Origin: Bacilli bacterium
Lineage (GTDB): Bacteria; Bacillota_I; Bacilli_A; RF39; UBA660
Length of the DNA: 64,000 nucleotides
Assembly (NCBI GenBank): GCA_051872635.1
Contig: JBJEEA010000009.1
Coordinates: 7,513 to 71,512, forward strand
Direction: 5' to 3'
Made by a program: the position numbers and the translations under genes. This document shows, in pieces, positions 54,825-64,000 of the stretch. The notes under the pieces were generated by a model. It was not told where the DNA came from. It saw nothing but the letters and a program-made list of their open reading frames with translations, and ran no database searches. Position 1 is the stretch's first letter; the number at the start of each line of letters is the position of its first letter.

Positions 54825-55571
54825 TTACATCATAAGTCCGCCATCAACTTTAATAATAGTTCCAGTTGTAAATGACGATTTATCGCTAGCTAAATATAAA
54901 TAAGCACCAGCCAAATCATCCGGCGTAGCCATTTTTCTAAGTGGAGTCATTCCAATTAACATCTTCTTCATATCTTCACTTACAGAATCTCTCATCATAT
55001 CAGTACCAACAACACCAGGAGCTACAGCATTAACTCTTATATTATAACTTCCAAGTTCTTTGGCAAGTGAAATAGTAAGTCCATTAACCGCGGATTTAGA
55101 AGAAGCATAAGCGACTTGTCCTCTTCCACCATTAATTCCAACCATACTAGAAGTATTAATAATAGAACCACCACCATTTTCCTTCATATATTTGACAACT
55201 ACTCTTGTTAAGTCAACAACGCCAAAGAAATTAATTTTAAACATTTCCATAAATTCCTCACTTGTTGAATCAACAAAAGCAACATTTGAGGTTATTCCAG
55301 CATTATTGACTAAAATATCTATTTTGCCCCATTTATCAACAACTTCTTTAACAGCATTGTCAAAAGTATCAGGTCTACTAACATTAAGTTCTAAAGCCAT
55401 AACATTATCAGAGTATCCTTCTTTAGAAAGAGTATCGCAAGCCTTTAAAGCACTCTCTTTCTTAGAACCACATATCACAACTTTTGCTTTCTCTTCTAAA
55501 AATAATTTAGCTATTGCATAACCAATTCCTCTAGATGACCCAGTAATTAATGCAACTTTTCCATCTAACAT
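54825..55571 (-). CDS. fabG: Short-chain dehydrogenase/reductase (3-oxoacyl-ACP reductase-like).
   Basis: TGSSRGIGYAIA Rossmann motif and NNAG. The catalytic S...YxxxK (YASSKSA) is present. Confidence 0.8.
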   Translation of the reverse strand: MLDGKVALITGSSRGIGYAIAKLFLEEKAKVVICGSKKESALKACDTLSKEGYSDNVMALELNVSRPDTFDNAVKEVVDKWGKIDILVNNAGITSNVAFVDSTSEEFMEMFKINFFGVVDLTRVVVKYMKENGGGSIINTSSMVGINGGRGQVAYASSKSAVNGLTISLAKELGSYNIRVNAVAPGVVGTDMMRDSVSEDMKKMLIGMTPLRKMATPDDLAGAYLYLASDKSSFTTGTIIKVDGGLMM

Positions 55572-55580
55572 AATTATCTC

Positions 55581-56120
55581 CTAATAATTTTCTTTCTTTA
55601 TTTCAAAATAAGATTGTGGATGATTACATACAGGACAAACTTTAGGAGCTTCTTTTCCAATAACTATATGTCCACAGTTTCTACATTGCCAAATTTTATC
55701 TCCATCACGTGAAAATACTAAACCATCTTCAACATTAGTAAGAAGCTTTCTATATCTCTCTTCATGCTCCTTTTCAATTTTAGCAACTTCTTCAAATAAA
55801 TAAGCAATTCTAGTAAAACCTTCTTCTCTAGCTGTTTCAGCAAAACCTTTATACATATCAGTCCATTCATAGTTTTCACCCTCAGCAGCATCTAATAAAT
55901 TTTCACTAGTACCAGGAATTTCACCACCATGTAATTCCTTAAACCACATTTTAGCATGTTCTTTTTCATTATTTGCAGTTTCCTCAAATATTGCAGCTAT
56001 TTGCTCATAACCATCTTTCTTAGCCTTTGAAGCATAATAAGTATACTTATTTCTAGCTTGAGATTCTCCTGCAAAAGCAGTCATTAAGTTTTGTTCTGTT
56101 TTACTTCCTTTTAATTCCAT
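55581..56120 (-). CDS. rbr: Rubrerythrin.
   Basis: Ferritin-like di-iron E..H motifs ([16 protein letters not shown]) plus a C-terminal rubredoxin-like CRNCGH...CPVCNHP. Confidence 0.9.
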   Translation of the reverse strand: MELKGSKTEQNLMTAFAGESQARNKYTYYASKAKKDGYEQIAAIFEETANNEKEHAKMWFKELHGGEIPGTSENLLDAAEGENYEWTDMYKGFAETAREEGFTRIAYLFEEVAKIEKEHEERYRKLLTNVEDGLVFSRDGDKIWQCRNCGHIVIGKEAPKVCPVCNHPQSYFEIKKENY

Positions 56121-56488
56121 TAATAATCATTCCTTTCCATACATTCTCTACAAATGCCTTTATATTTTATTTCATAATCAGTTACTAAATTATCACCAAT
56201 ATACTTAATATTCGCATAATTATCATCAAAAATATCAATTATTTTATGACACTTATTGCAGATAAAATGACTATGTCTAGTATTCTTATCATATCTATAA
56301 GTATCAAATACCTTAAGCCTTACAATAAGTCCACTATCAACTAAATTACCTAAATTACGATATACCGTACCAAGACTAATATTTGGTATTACTTTTTTAC
56401 ATAAATCGTAAATTTGATAAGCATCTAAATGACTAGTACTATCTTCCACTATTGAAAGAATCAAATTTCTCTGCTTAGTATTACGCAT
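56120..56488 (-). CDS. perR: Fur-family regulator (PerR-like).
   Basis: N-terminal winged helix (TKQRNLIL), HSHFICNKC...CRECM metal-site cysteines. Lies upstream of the rubrerythrin gene. Confidence 0.8.
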   Translation of the reverse strand: MRNTKQRNLILSIVEDSTSHLDAYQIYDLCKKVIPNISLGTVYRNLGNLVDSGLIVRLKVFDTYRYDKNTRHSHFICNKCHKIIDIFDDNYANIKYIGDNLVTDYEIKYKGICRECMERNDY

Positions 56489-56628
56489 ATTAGCTTCTCC
56501 TTATTAGTAATGATTACTACATATAAAATATACCACTTTTATTATTATTTTGTCAATAAAAGAATACACTTATTTTACATAAAATATACTTTTTAAAAAT
56601 AAAAAACATATAATAAATTGGTGATACA

Positions 56629-56895
56629 ATGTTTAACTTAAAAGATGCCATTTATGCTGCTAATAAATTAGGCGTAAAATTTGACAAATACTCCCCTGAA
56701 GAATTTCTAACAGGTATTAATATCGAATTAGAACATGGCAAAATAGATCCAACTACAAATGTAACAAACAATGACTTGATAACCACTGCTAAAATAGCCC
56801 TAGCTCATTTAAATGAATTTCCAAATTATTATAATCCCAAATATGGTCTAAAAGTATTTGAAGAATTTTTAAAAGCAAAAATGAATGAAAAGTAA
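56629..56895 (+). CDS. Hypothetical small protein.
   Basis: 88-aa ORF convergent with the mur ligase gene. Confidence 0.45.
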   Translation: MFNLKDAIYAANKLGVKFDKYSPEEFLTGINIELEHGKIDPTTNVTNNDLITTAKIALAHLNEFPNYYNPKYGLKVFEEFLKAKMNEK

Positions 56896-56896
56896 A

Positions 56897-59617
56897 TCAT
56901 TCATTTTTTTTAACTAACATATCAGCAAGTTTAGTAACATGACCAGCGCCTAGTGTTAAAATAAGATCTCCACTATTTACATATTCACTCAAATATAAAA
57001 CAATATCATCATAACTACTAATATGAAAAGCTTCTTTTCCATATTTCTTTATTTCTAAAACAATATCTTCTTCTGTAATACCATATATATTATCTTCTCT
57101 AGCAGCATATATATCTGTAATAATAATATGGTCAAAACTACTAAGAGCTTTTGCAAAATCACTTTTATGTTTAAATGCCCTCGAATAAGTATGTGGTTCA
57201 AATATTACCCATGATTCATTATATTTTTTACCATGAATAGCACTACTAGTAGCTTCAATCTCAGTAGGATGATGTCCATAATCATCATATACCTTAGCTC
57301 CTTTAAACTGCCCCTTATATTCAAGTCTTCTACTAGCTCCAGTATATTTCTTTAATCCATCTTGAGCCTTGTCAAAAGGAATATCATAAGAAAGAGCTAA
57401 AGCCGTAGCAGCAAGAGCATTAGATACATTGTGATACCCGGGAACAGAAAGTTCTATCTTACCAATTCTCTCTAAATTTTTATTAACGTAAAAACTTCCA
57501 TTACCATCTTCGTCATATTCAATATCCGTGGCCATATATAATGCCGAATTCTTAATACCATAACTAATAATTTTAGCTTTAGTATGTTCTTTTAACTCAC
57601 TACTATTCTCATCATCATTATTTACTACTAAAAAACCATTACTAGGTAAATGTTCTACGTATTTATAAAAAGACTTTTTAATATTATCGATATTCTTAAA
57701 ATAATCCAAATGATCAGCATCAATATTAAGTACAATCGAAGACTTCTCATGAAAATTAAGAAAACTATCACAGTACTCACATGCTTCAATTATAAAATTG
57801 TCACTCTTACCAACTCTATAATTACCCCCAATATTACTAAGAATACTACCAACCTGAATAGTAGGATCTAAATTAGCTTCTAGAAATATACAACTGACCA
57901 TTGATGTTGTACTAGTCTTACCATGTGTTCCGGCGACACCTATTGTATTAGAAAATAGCTTTGTAAGCTCTCCTAAAAACTCCCCTCGCTCCATCATCGG
58001 AATGCCTTTTTCTAACGCAACAACTCTCTCTAGATTATCTTCCTTTATTGCAGCGGTATATACAATAAAATCAATATCATTAGTAATATTCTCTTTTTTC
58101 TGAGGAAAATATACATCTATACCTTGTTCGATAAGTTTTTGGGTAATATTATTCTCTTCTCTATCACTACCACTTACTTTATATCCCATATTAAGAAGAA
58201 TATCTGCTATACCACTCATACTTATACCACCAATACCAATCATATAAATATGTTTCCCTTTTTCTAAAAATAACTCTTTTTTATATTTATTAATAGACTC
58301 TTTAAATACTCTTCCCCTTTCTTCAAAATCACTAAATTGATCCCAAGACGCACATGCTGGACTAAGTAAAATAACATCTCCAACATTAGAATTACCATAA
58401 GCCTCTTTTACTGCACTAACTAAATCATCACATACATTACACTTAATATTAATTTCATTACAAAAATCTTTAATTCTATTCTTAGTCTCACCATAAGATA
58501 CAACCAACTTAGTATTTTTCATATAACTTTCAAGTTCATCAAAAGAGTGTCCCCTATCAGTACCTCCCATGAGAAGTATTGTTGGAGAGTTAAAACTATT
58601 AAGAGCAATCTTGGTAGATTCAACATTCGTACTTTTAGAATCATTATAAACTATTCTACCATTTATGTTACCAACATATTCAAGACGATGTTCTACACCA
58701 CTAAAATTACTTACAACCTCTTTAATAATTTCATCACTAACACCATATACTTTAGTAGCTAAAATAGCACACATAATATTTTCATAATTATGTTCACCCT
58801 TGAGAATAATTTTACTAGTATCAATAATTTTCTTATTGTTATAATAAATAAAACCATCATCATAATAACAATCTGTTTTATCATTTTTAGAAAAATAATA
58901 TTTTGTACTATCAATATTTTTAGTAAGTTCTACTTCTTCATTATTATCGCTATTAATAATAGCAACATCTTTTTCTGTATGATTCATAAAAATTTTTTTC
59001 TTAGTCTCAACATATCTCACATGACTGTCATGAAAATCCGTATGACATTCATAAATATTTGTCATAACCGAAACATTAGTCTTAAAGTCATACATATCAC
59101 AAAGCTGATGATCAGATATTTCCATAACTAAATAACTATCTTTTTTAATATCACGTGCAAAATGAGAAAGAGGTATTCCCATATTACCCGCAAGAAAAAC
59201 TTTATCGCCAAAAGCTTCCTTCATAATCTCATATATAATACTAACAGTTGTCGTTTTACCATTAGATCCAGTTACGCCAATTATCTTAACAGATTTATCT
59301 ATATAATGATAAGCCACTTCTACCTCATTGATAACTGGAATTCCCATATTCTTAGCCTTAACTACGCATGGATGATTATATTTAATACCAGGATTCTTAA
59401 CCATAATGTCAAAAGAATCATCAAGTAAAGTATCCGGCTTATCACTAATAACAAAAGTAACACCTAAATTTTCAAGTTCACAAACCCTATCCTTATCTTG
59501 CTCTTTCATATCCGTAATAAATATCTCATTATCATCCGCTAATAACTTAGCCACTTCATACCCACTTCTAGCCATACCAAGAATAAATACCTTTTTATTT
59601 TTATACATACAAACCAC
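56897..59617 (-). CDS. In-frame fusion of MurD (UDP-MurNAc-L-Ala--D-Glu ligase) and MurC (UDP-MurNAc--L-Ala ligase), 906 aa.
   Basis: The N-terminal half has MurD features: KKVFILGMARSG, GVTGSNGKTTT, and C-terminal SPACASWDQFSDFEERGRVF. The second half starts with a canonical MurC N-terminus, KHIYMIGIGGISMSGIADILLNMGYKVSGSD, then GVAGTHGKTSTT. No stop lies between the halves. Confidence 0.7.
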   Translation of the reverse strand: MVCMYKNKKVFILGMARSGYEVAKLLADDNEIFITDMKEQDKDRVCELENLGVTFVISDKPDTLLDDSFDIMVKNPGIKYNHPCVVKAKNMGIPVINEVEVAYHYIDKSVKIIGVTGSNGKTTTVSIIYEIMKEAFGDKVFLAGNMGIPLSHFARDIKKDSYLVMEISDHQLCDMYDFKTNVSVMTNIYECHTDFHDSHVRYVETKKKIFMNHTEKDVAIINSDNNEEVELTKNIDSTKYYFSKNDKTDCYYDDGFIYYNNKKIIDTSKIILKGEHNYENIMCAILATKVYGVSDEIIKEVVSNFSGVEHRLEYVGNINGRIVYNDSKSTNVESTKIALNSFNSPTILLMGGTDRGHSFDELESYMKNTKLVVSYGETKNRIKDFCNEINIKCNVCDDLVSAVKEAYGNSNVGDVILLSPACASWDQFSDFEERGRVFKESINKYKKELFLEKGKHIYMIGIGGISMSGIADILLNMGYKVSGSDREENNITQKLIEQGIDVYFPQKKENITNDIDFIVYTAAIKEDNLERVVALEKGIPMMERGEFLGELTKLFSNTIGVAGTHGKTSTTSMVSCIFLEANLDPTIQVGSILSNIGGNYRVGKSDNFIIEACEYCDSFLNFHEKSSIVLNIDADHLDYFKNIDNIKKSFYKYVEHLPSNGFLVVNNDDENSSELKEHTKAKIISYGIKNSALYMATDIEYDEDGNGSFYVNKNLERIGKIELSVPGYHNVSNALAATALALSYDIPFDKAQDGLKKYTGASRRLEYKGQFKGAKVYDDYGHHPTEIEATSSAIHGKKYNESWVIFEPHTYSRAFKHKSDFAKALSSFDHIIITDIYAAREDNIYGITEEDIVLEIKKYGKEAFHISSYDDIVLYLSEYVNSGDLILTLGAGHVTKLADMLVKKNE

Positions 59618-60222
59618 TCCATAAACATTATATCACTTCATAATTAAGAAGTAAATTTATTTATCAAATGTTAATATAAATATGAAAATCCAAGTAATCA
59701 AACAGAAGAAAAAATAATCATAAATTTAAATGAAACTATTAATTATATATAAATTAATATAAGAATAAAATAGAATTTTTAAAAATTATAATCTTAAATA
59801 ATAAATATCAAAGAATTAACATATATTATAATTTCTAAAAAAATTTAAATACAATCACTATCTTTAGTAATAATGACGTTTTGATATATATTAGTACCGA
59901 TGATAATACTATATATATCAAAAGAATTATATAGCCACTATATTACAGGAAATGAATACAGTAATGAATTATTAGATTATTTTATCAAATTATAGAAGAC
60001 AATAACAGTATCAGAATATAATATATTAATAGTAAATAAAAGTAACTGAAGTAATAATACACTTAACTATGTTGCTTTAATATTCAATAAAAATCCATAT
60101 ATTTTGATAATATTGACAAATCGTAACTATATTGAATATGAGTACTTTTCACACATAATATTGGAATCAAAAAAAGAAAAAAATTTAAATTTAAATTAAA
60201 AGAAAGACATAAAATCTTTCTT

Positions 60223-60840
60223 TTAATTATTATCTATAACATATCGTTTGCTAATACACTCATACCCTAAAGATTTCATATAATTATAACTATCAGGAAT
60301 AATACAAAAATCAATAGAACTAGTATTACACTCCATAAAAAAATCATCTAATTTTTTAATAACATCCTCATCCTGAATATTTTGACTATATAAATTACAA
60401 TTAATACCATTTTTAGTATAAAAATATTTAATACTTCTCATATCAATTTCGGCATATTTTTCCTTAGAAATAGAACTACTTACTATTTCACCGTTTTTCT
60501 TGCTGACAAATATCATTTTTATTCTATATAATTCATCCATAATATCCATAAGCTTATTATCCCTAACTTGAATAATTAAATGTCCATTAAAAGATAAACT
60601 ATTGTTAAGAAAATTAATGCCTCTCTTAACTATATCATCATCTATTTTTTTATTACCAAAAGTAATACTAATTGAATCATCCTCTGGCAAAGAAATAAAA
60701 CCAAATAAAAACTTATCTTCTTCTTTTACCCCAAAGGTATTAGTATTAACAATACTTTTCTCATCATCTAAAGTAGCTTCTATTCCTAAATCCTTTATAT
60801 ATGTTTTAATATTCTCATTATCAATTTTTTCAATCTTCAT
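60223..60840 (-). CDS. Hypothetical protein.
   Basis: 205-aa ORF downstream of rpoC. Confidence 0.5.
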   Translation of the reverse strand: MKIEKIDNENIKTYIKDLGIEATLDDEKSIVNTNTFGVKEEDKFLFGFISLPEDDSISITFGNKKIDDDIVKRGINFLNNSLSFNGHLIIQVRDNKLMDIMDELYRIKMIFVSKKNGEIVSSSISKEKYAEIDMRSIKYFYTKNGINCNLYSQNIQDEDVIKKLDDFFMECNTSSIDFCIIPDSYNYMKSLGYECISKRYVIDNN

Positions 60841-60967
60841 AAAAAATCTCCTTGATAATATTATACACTATAATAAAATATATTTCAAACACTAGTTTTT
60901 TTATAATTAAAAAAGCCAGTAACATAAAATACTAGCCTTTTAAGTAAATACATCAGCTATCTTTATA

Positions 60968-61325
60968 CTAGCAACACTTGATTTTCTTTTTAGCATGTTC
61001 TTCTACCAATGAATTTTCTACTTCCAAATCACTCATAGCTAAACATACATTCCACCAAGCACCAACTAAAAGATCATCACAAAACATGACATTATAGTAT
61101 TGAATATCATCAGATACAGAAAGTAATGTATCATACAAAGAAACATTATCCAAAATAATATTGCTATCATTAGTAGCAAGAGCATAATCATTTTTAATCA
61201 TCATCTTCTTTAAATATAAAATAGCATTCTCTATATCATATTTAACAATGCCATTACTACTATCCTTACATATATTTAACTTACTTAAAGTATCAATAAT
61301 GCATTCTATAAAATCCTCTATATTC
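60968..61325 (-). CDS. Hypothetical protein. Start likely at the second Met (61325) after an AAGGTGGGA RBS.
   Basis: ORF. The annotated first ATG lies inside the rpoC terminator hairpin. Confidence 0.5.
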
Positions 61326-61346
61326 ATAATCAAATCCCACCTTTGT

Positions 61347-61380
61347 AAGATAGAAGTCATAGGAAACTATGACTTCTATC
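61347..61380 (-). terminator. Terminator after rpoC.
   Basis: Perfect 14-bp stem: GATAGAAGTCATAG, loop gaaa, CTATGACTTCTATC. Confidence 0.5.
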
Positions 61381-61382
61381 TT

Positions 61383-64000
61383 TTAATCCATAAATTCTTC
61401 TTCAAGTACTTCTGAAGCATCTTCATCAAAAAATTCCTTCTCTAATGAATAACCAATATCCATATATTCCTTAGCTCCCGTACCAGCAGGAATTAATTTA
61501 CCAATAATAACATTTTCTTTTAATCCCTGTAATTTATCAACTTTACCTTTAACTGAAGCTTCAGTAAGCATTCTTGTCGTCTCTTGGAATGAAGCCGCAG
61601 ATAAGAATGAATCATTCTCTAAAGATGCCTTGGTTATACCAAGTAGTATTGGTTGTCCAATTGCAGGTTTCTTGCCTTGAATAATAACATCTTTATTACC
61701 TTTAGTAAACTCTTGTAAAGATACCGTAGTAGTTGGAACAAATGTCGTATCACCAGCATCCATAATTTTTACTTTAGAAATCATTCTTCTAGCAATAATC
61801 TCAACATGTTTATCATTAATATCAACACCTTGTGATCTATATACCTTTTGAACTTCTTTTAAGATATACTGCTGAACTGTATTAGGATCAGTTACCGCAA
61901 GCAATTCTTTAGGAGAAATACTACCTTCCGTAATTCTCTCTCCAGCTTCAATAGCTTGACCCTTTTCAACCCTAAGTTTAGCTCCATATAAAGTTACGTG
62001 CTCACGAGTTTCATTATCATTCTTAATATATACTTTAAATTTACCACCAGCATCTTCAATTTTAGAAACAACACCACTTATTTCTGCTATAGTAGCTTTT
62101 CCTTTAGGTATTCTTGCTTCAAATAACTCTTCAACTCTAGGTAAACCTTGCGTAATATCAGCGCCAGCAACACCACCAGTATGGAAAGTTCTCATCGTAA
62201 GCTGTGTACCAGGTTCACCAATAGATTGAGCACCCATAACACCAACAGCCTCACCAATCTCAACTAAATTACCCGTTGCCAAATTCTTACCATAACATTT
62301 TTGACAAACACCATGATCTGTCTTACAAGTAAGAACTGTTCTAATTTCAACTTCTGTAATTCCAGCTTTAATAATTTTATCCGCTATTGCTTCCGTAATA
62401 TATTCATTTTTATCAATAATAACTTCCTTAGTCTCTGGATCAATTACTTTCTTATTTGTAAATCTGCCGACAATTCTATCATATAATGGCTCAATAATAC
62501 CATCTTTATCATCAGTAAATGCACTAACAAGAACACCTTGAATAGTTCCGCAATCTTCTTCTTTAACAATAATATCCTGTGCTACATCAACTAGTCTTCT
62601 CGTCATATATCCAGAGTCAGCAGTCTTTAAAGCCGTATCGGCACTACCCTTTCTAGCACTATGTGTTGATAAGAAGAATTCCGATACCGATAGACCATCA
62701 CTAAATGAAGATAGAATAGGTATTTCAATAGTTTCTCCATTAGGTTTAGCCATTAATCCTCTCATACCAGCAAGCTGTACAAAGTTCGATATTGATCCTC
62801 TGGCTTTTGAATTCATCATGATGAAGATAGGATTATCAACATAAGTTTTAGCATATCCTTGAAGTTCATCTTGAATTTCTTCCTTAGCCCTTGTCCAAAT
62901 ATCAATAACAAGCTCAAGTCTTTCTCTATCCGTAATAAGTCCTCTTTGGAACTGTTTATTAACTTTCTTAATTTCTTCATTAGACTTTTCAACAATGGCC
63001 TCTTTATTCTTACTTACAATAACATCCGAAGCTGCTATTGTAATACCAGAGTAAGTCGAATACTTAAATCCTAAATCTTTAAGTTTATCTAGGAATATAC
63101 TAGTCTCCGTCGTCTTATATCTCTTAAACATTTGAGCGATCATTTTCTCAAGTGCGCCTTTATTAAATGGCGTTGTAAGAGGCATTTCCTTAATTCTTTC
63201 AGGAATATTTTCCCCATACTCAATAAAGTATTTACTAGGAGTTATTCCACCAATATTTTCACTAGTAGGCTCGCATAAATATGGAAATGAATCTGGAAGA
63301 ATTTCATTAAAAATAATCTTACCAGGAGTAGTTACCAAATATTTATTTTTATCACTATCTAAAAATACTTTATACTTAAACGAATTAACAGGAACAGCAA
63401 TTCTCGTCTGAAGCGTAATTTCTCTTCTTTGATATGCCATTAAAGCTTCACTAGTATTTTTAAATATTCTTCCTTCACCAGGAAGTCCTGCCTTTTCCAT
63501 CGTAATATAATAGTTACCTAAAATCATATCTTGTGAAGGAGTAACAATCGGATCTCCATTCTTAGGGCTTAAAATATTATTAGAACCAAGCATAAGAATT
63601 CTAGCTTCAGCTTTTGCTTCTTCAGAAAGTGGTACGTGTACTGCCATCTGATCGCCATCAAAATCTGCATTAAATGCTGTACAAACAAGTGGATGAAGTC
63701 TTATAGCTTTACCACTTATAAGTTTTGGCTCAAACGCCTGAATACCAAGTCTATGTAAAGTAGGAGCACGATTTAGCATTACTGGATGTTCTTTAATTAC
63801 ATCCTCAACAACATCCCATACTTTTGGATCCTGATTTTCAATCATCTTTTTAGCAGATTTAATATTATTAGCAAGGCCTCTCTCCGTAAGTCCGTGTATA
63901 ACATGAGGTTTAAATAGTTCAAGTGCCATCTCTTTTGGAATACCACATTGATACATCTTTAAATCCGGTCCTACGACGATAACACTTCTACCAGAATAGT
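61383..64000 (-). CDS. rpoC: DNA-directed RNA polymerase beta' subunit, C-terminal part. The gene continues beyond the right window edge.
   Basis: [16 protein letters not shown] catalytic motif, trigger loop and clamp regions. The frame is open to the window end. Confidence 0.95.
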   Translation of the reverse strand, partial: YSGRSVIVVGPDLKMYQCGIPKEMALELFKPHVIHGLTERGLANNIKSAKKMIENQDPKVWDVVEDVIKEHPVMLNRAPTLHRLGIQAFEPKLISGKAIRLHPLVCTAFNADFDGDQMAVHVPLSEEAKAEARILMLGSNNILSPKNGDPIVTPSQDMILGNYYITMEKAGLPGEGRIFKNTSEALMAYQRREITLQTRIAVPVNSFKYKVFLDSDKNKYLVTTPGKIIFNEILPDSFPYLCEPTSENIGGITPSKYFIEYGENIPERIKEMPLTTPFNKGALEKMIAQMFKRYKTTETSIFLDKLKDLGFKYSTYSGITIAASDVIVSKNKEAIVEKSNEEIKKVNKQFQRGLITDRERLELVIDIWTRAKEEIQDELQGYAKTYVDNPIFIMMNSKARGSISNFVQLAGMRGLMAKPNGETIEIPILSSFSDGLSVSEFFLSTHSARKGSADTALKTADSGYMTRRLVDVAQDIIVKEEDCGTIQGVLVSAFTDDKDGIIEPLYDRIVGRFTNKKVIDPETKEVIIDKNEYITEAIADKIIKAGITEVEIRTVLTCKTDHGVCQKCYGKNLATGNLVEIGEAVGVMGAQSIGEPGTQLTMRTFHTGGVAGADITQGLPRVEELFEARIPKGKATIAEISGVVSKIEDAGGKFKVYIKNDNETREHVTLYGAKLRVEKGQAIEAGERITEGSISPKELLAVTDPNTVQQYILKEVQKVYRSQGVDINDKHVEIIARRMISKVKIMDAGDTTFVPTTTVSLQEFTKGNKDVIIQGKKPAIGQPILLGITKASLENDSFLSAASFQETTRMLTEASVKGKVDKLQGLKENVIIGKLIPAGTGAKEYMDIGYSLEKEFFDEDASEVLEEEFMD

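Noticed and set aside
59618-60222. 600-bp AT-rich intergenic region searched for an sRNA or repeats.
   Set aside because: Apart from promoter-like AT tracts, no hairpins, direct repeats or conserved-looking structure were seen.

Overview
This is a low-GC (about 25 %) Firmicute, Clostridium-like chromosome segment dominated by one intact, ~36.9 kb siphovirus-type prophage at 6902..43782, almost all on the minus strand. The prophage is integrated into the 3' end of a non-canonical tRNA-like gene at 6844..6918, just upstream of ffh. An 18-bp core, TCCCCTCATCTGCTCCAT, is directly repeated at both junctions: attL at 6902..6919 and attR at 43765..43782. A tandem TTAGGTACA(T/C) motif, read as integrase arm-type sites, sits beside both att ends. 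The tyrosine integrase gene lies at the attR end.

Reading from attL to attR, the prophage carries:
- a NinG/Rap-like nuclease gene on the opposite strand, and a DUF433/DUF5615 toxin-antitoxin-like moron with its own promoter
- a lysis cassette: amidase endolysin, holin, XhlA-like protein
- a tail module: tail-fibre and collar genes with a duplicated paralog pair, a 905-aa tail spike with a C-terminal intramolecular chaperone domain, tape measure protein, two tail chaperones, major tail protein
- head and packaging genes: connector proteins, major capsid, scaffold, an SPP1-gp7-like minor head protein fused to a RadC/JAB-like domain, portal, TerL, TerS
- a 285-bp structured non-coding gap
- early genes: a MazG-like gene and many small ORFs
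- a replication module: a PD-(D/E)xK nuclease, a DnaB-like helicase, a DnaD-like replisome organizer with six embedded 11-bp iterons, a DUF669-like protein, and a nuclease-AAA_24 (Sak4-like) fusion
- a genetic switch: divergent Cro-like and XRE cI-like repressors with a shared 17-bp operator, followed by an ImmA-like metallopeptidase, a 386-aa Rap-like TPR protein, two tiny coupled ORFs, and the integrase

The left flank (1..5460) holds a SWIM zinc-finger gene that runs off the window edge (TTG start), a large serine recombinase, a 51-bp compound palindrome, a class-II Fic protein and an ASCH protein overlapping ffh.

The right flank holds a two-gene operon directly abutting attR: an ankyrin-repeat protein with a single ClpB-NBD1-like AAA+ domain, followed by a 990-aa protein with no recognisable domains. 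I consider this operon the best candidate for an undescribed system, possibly a defense-island gene pair. Beyond it lie a decayed patch (frameshifted mgtC-like gene, internally deleted ISL3 transposase, IS256-like remnant), a secreted surface protein, hrb-like flavin-reductase/rubredoxin, a membrane protein, fabG-like SDR, rubrerythrin with a PerR-like Fur regulator, an in-frame MurD-MurC fusion (906 aa) and the 3' part of rpoC.

All functional calls come from motif-level reading of the translations. None is checked against a database.
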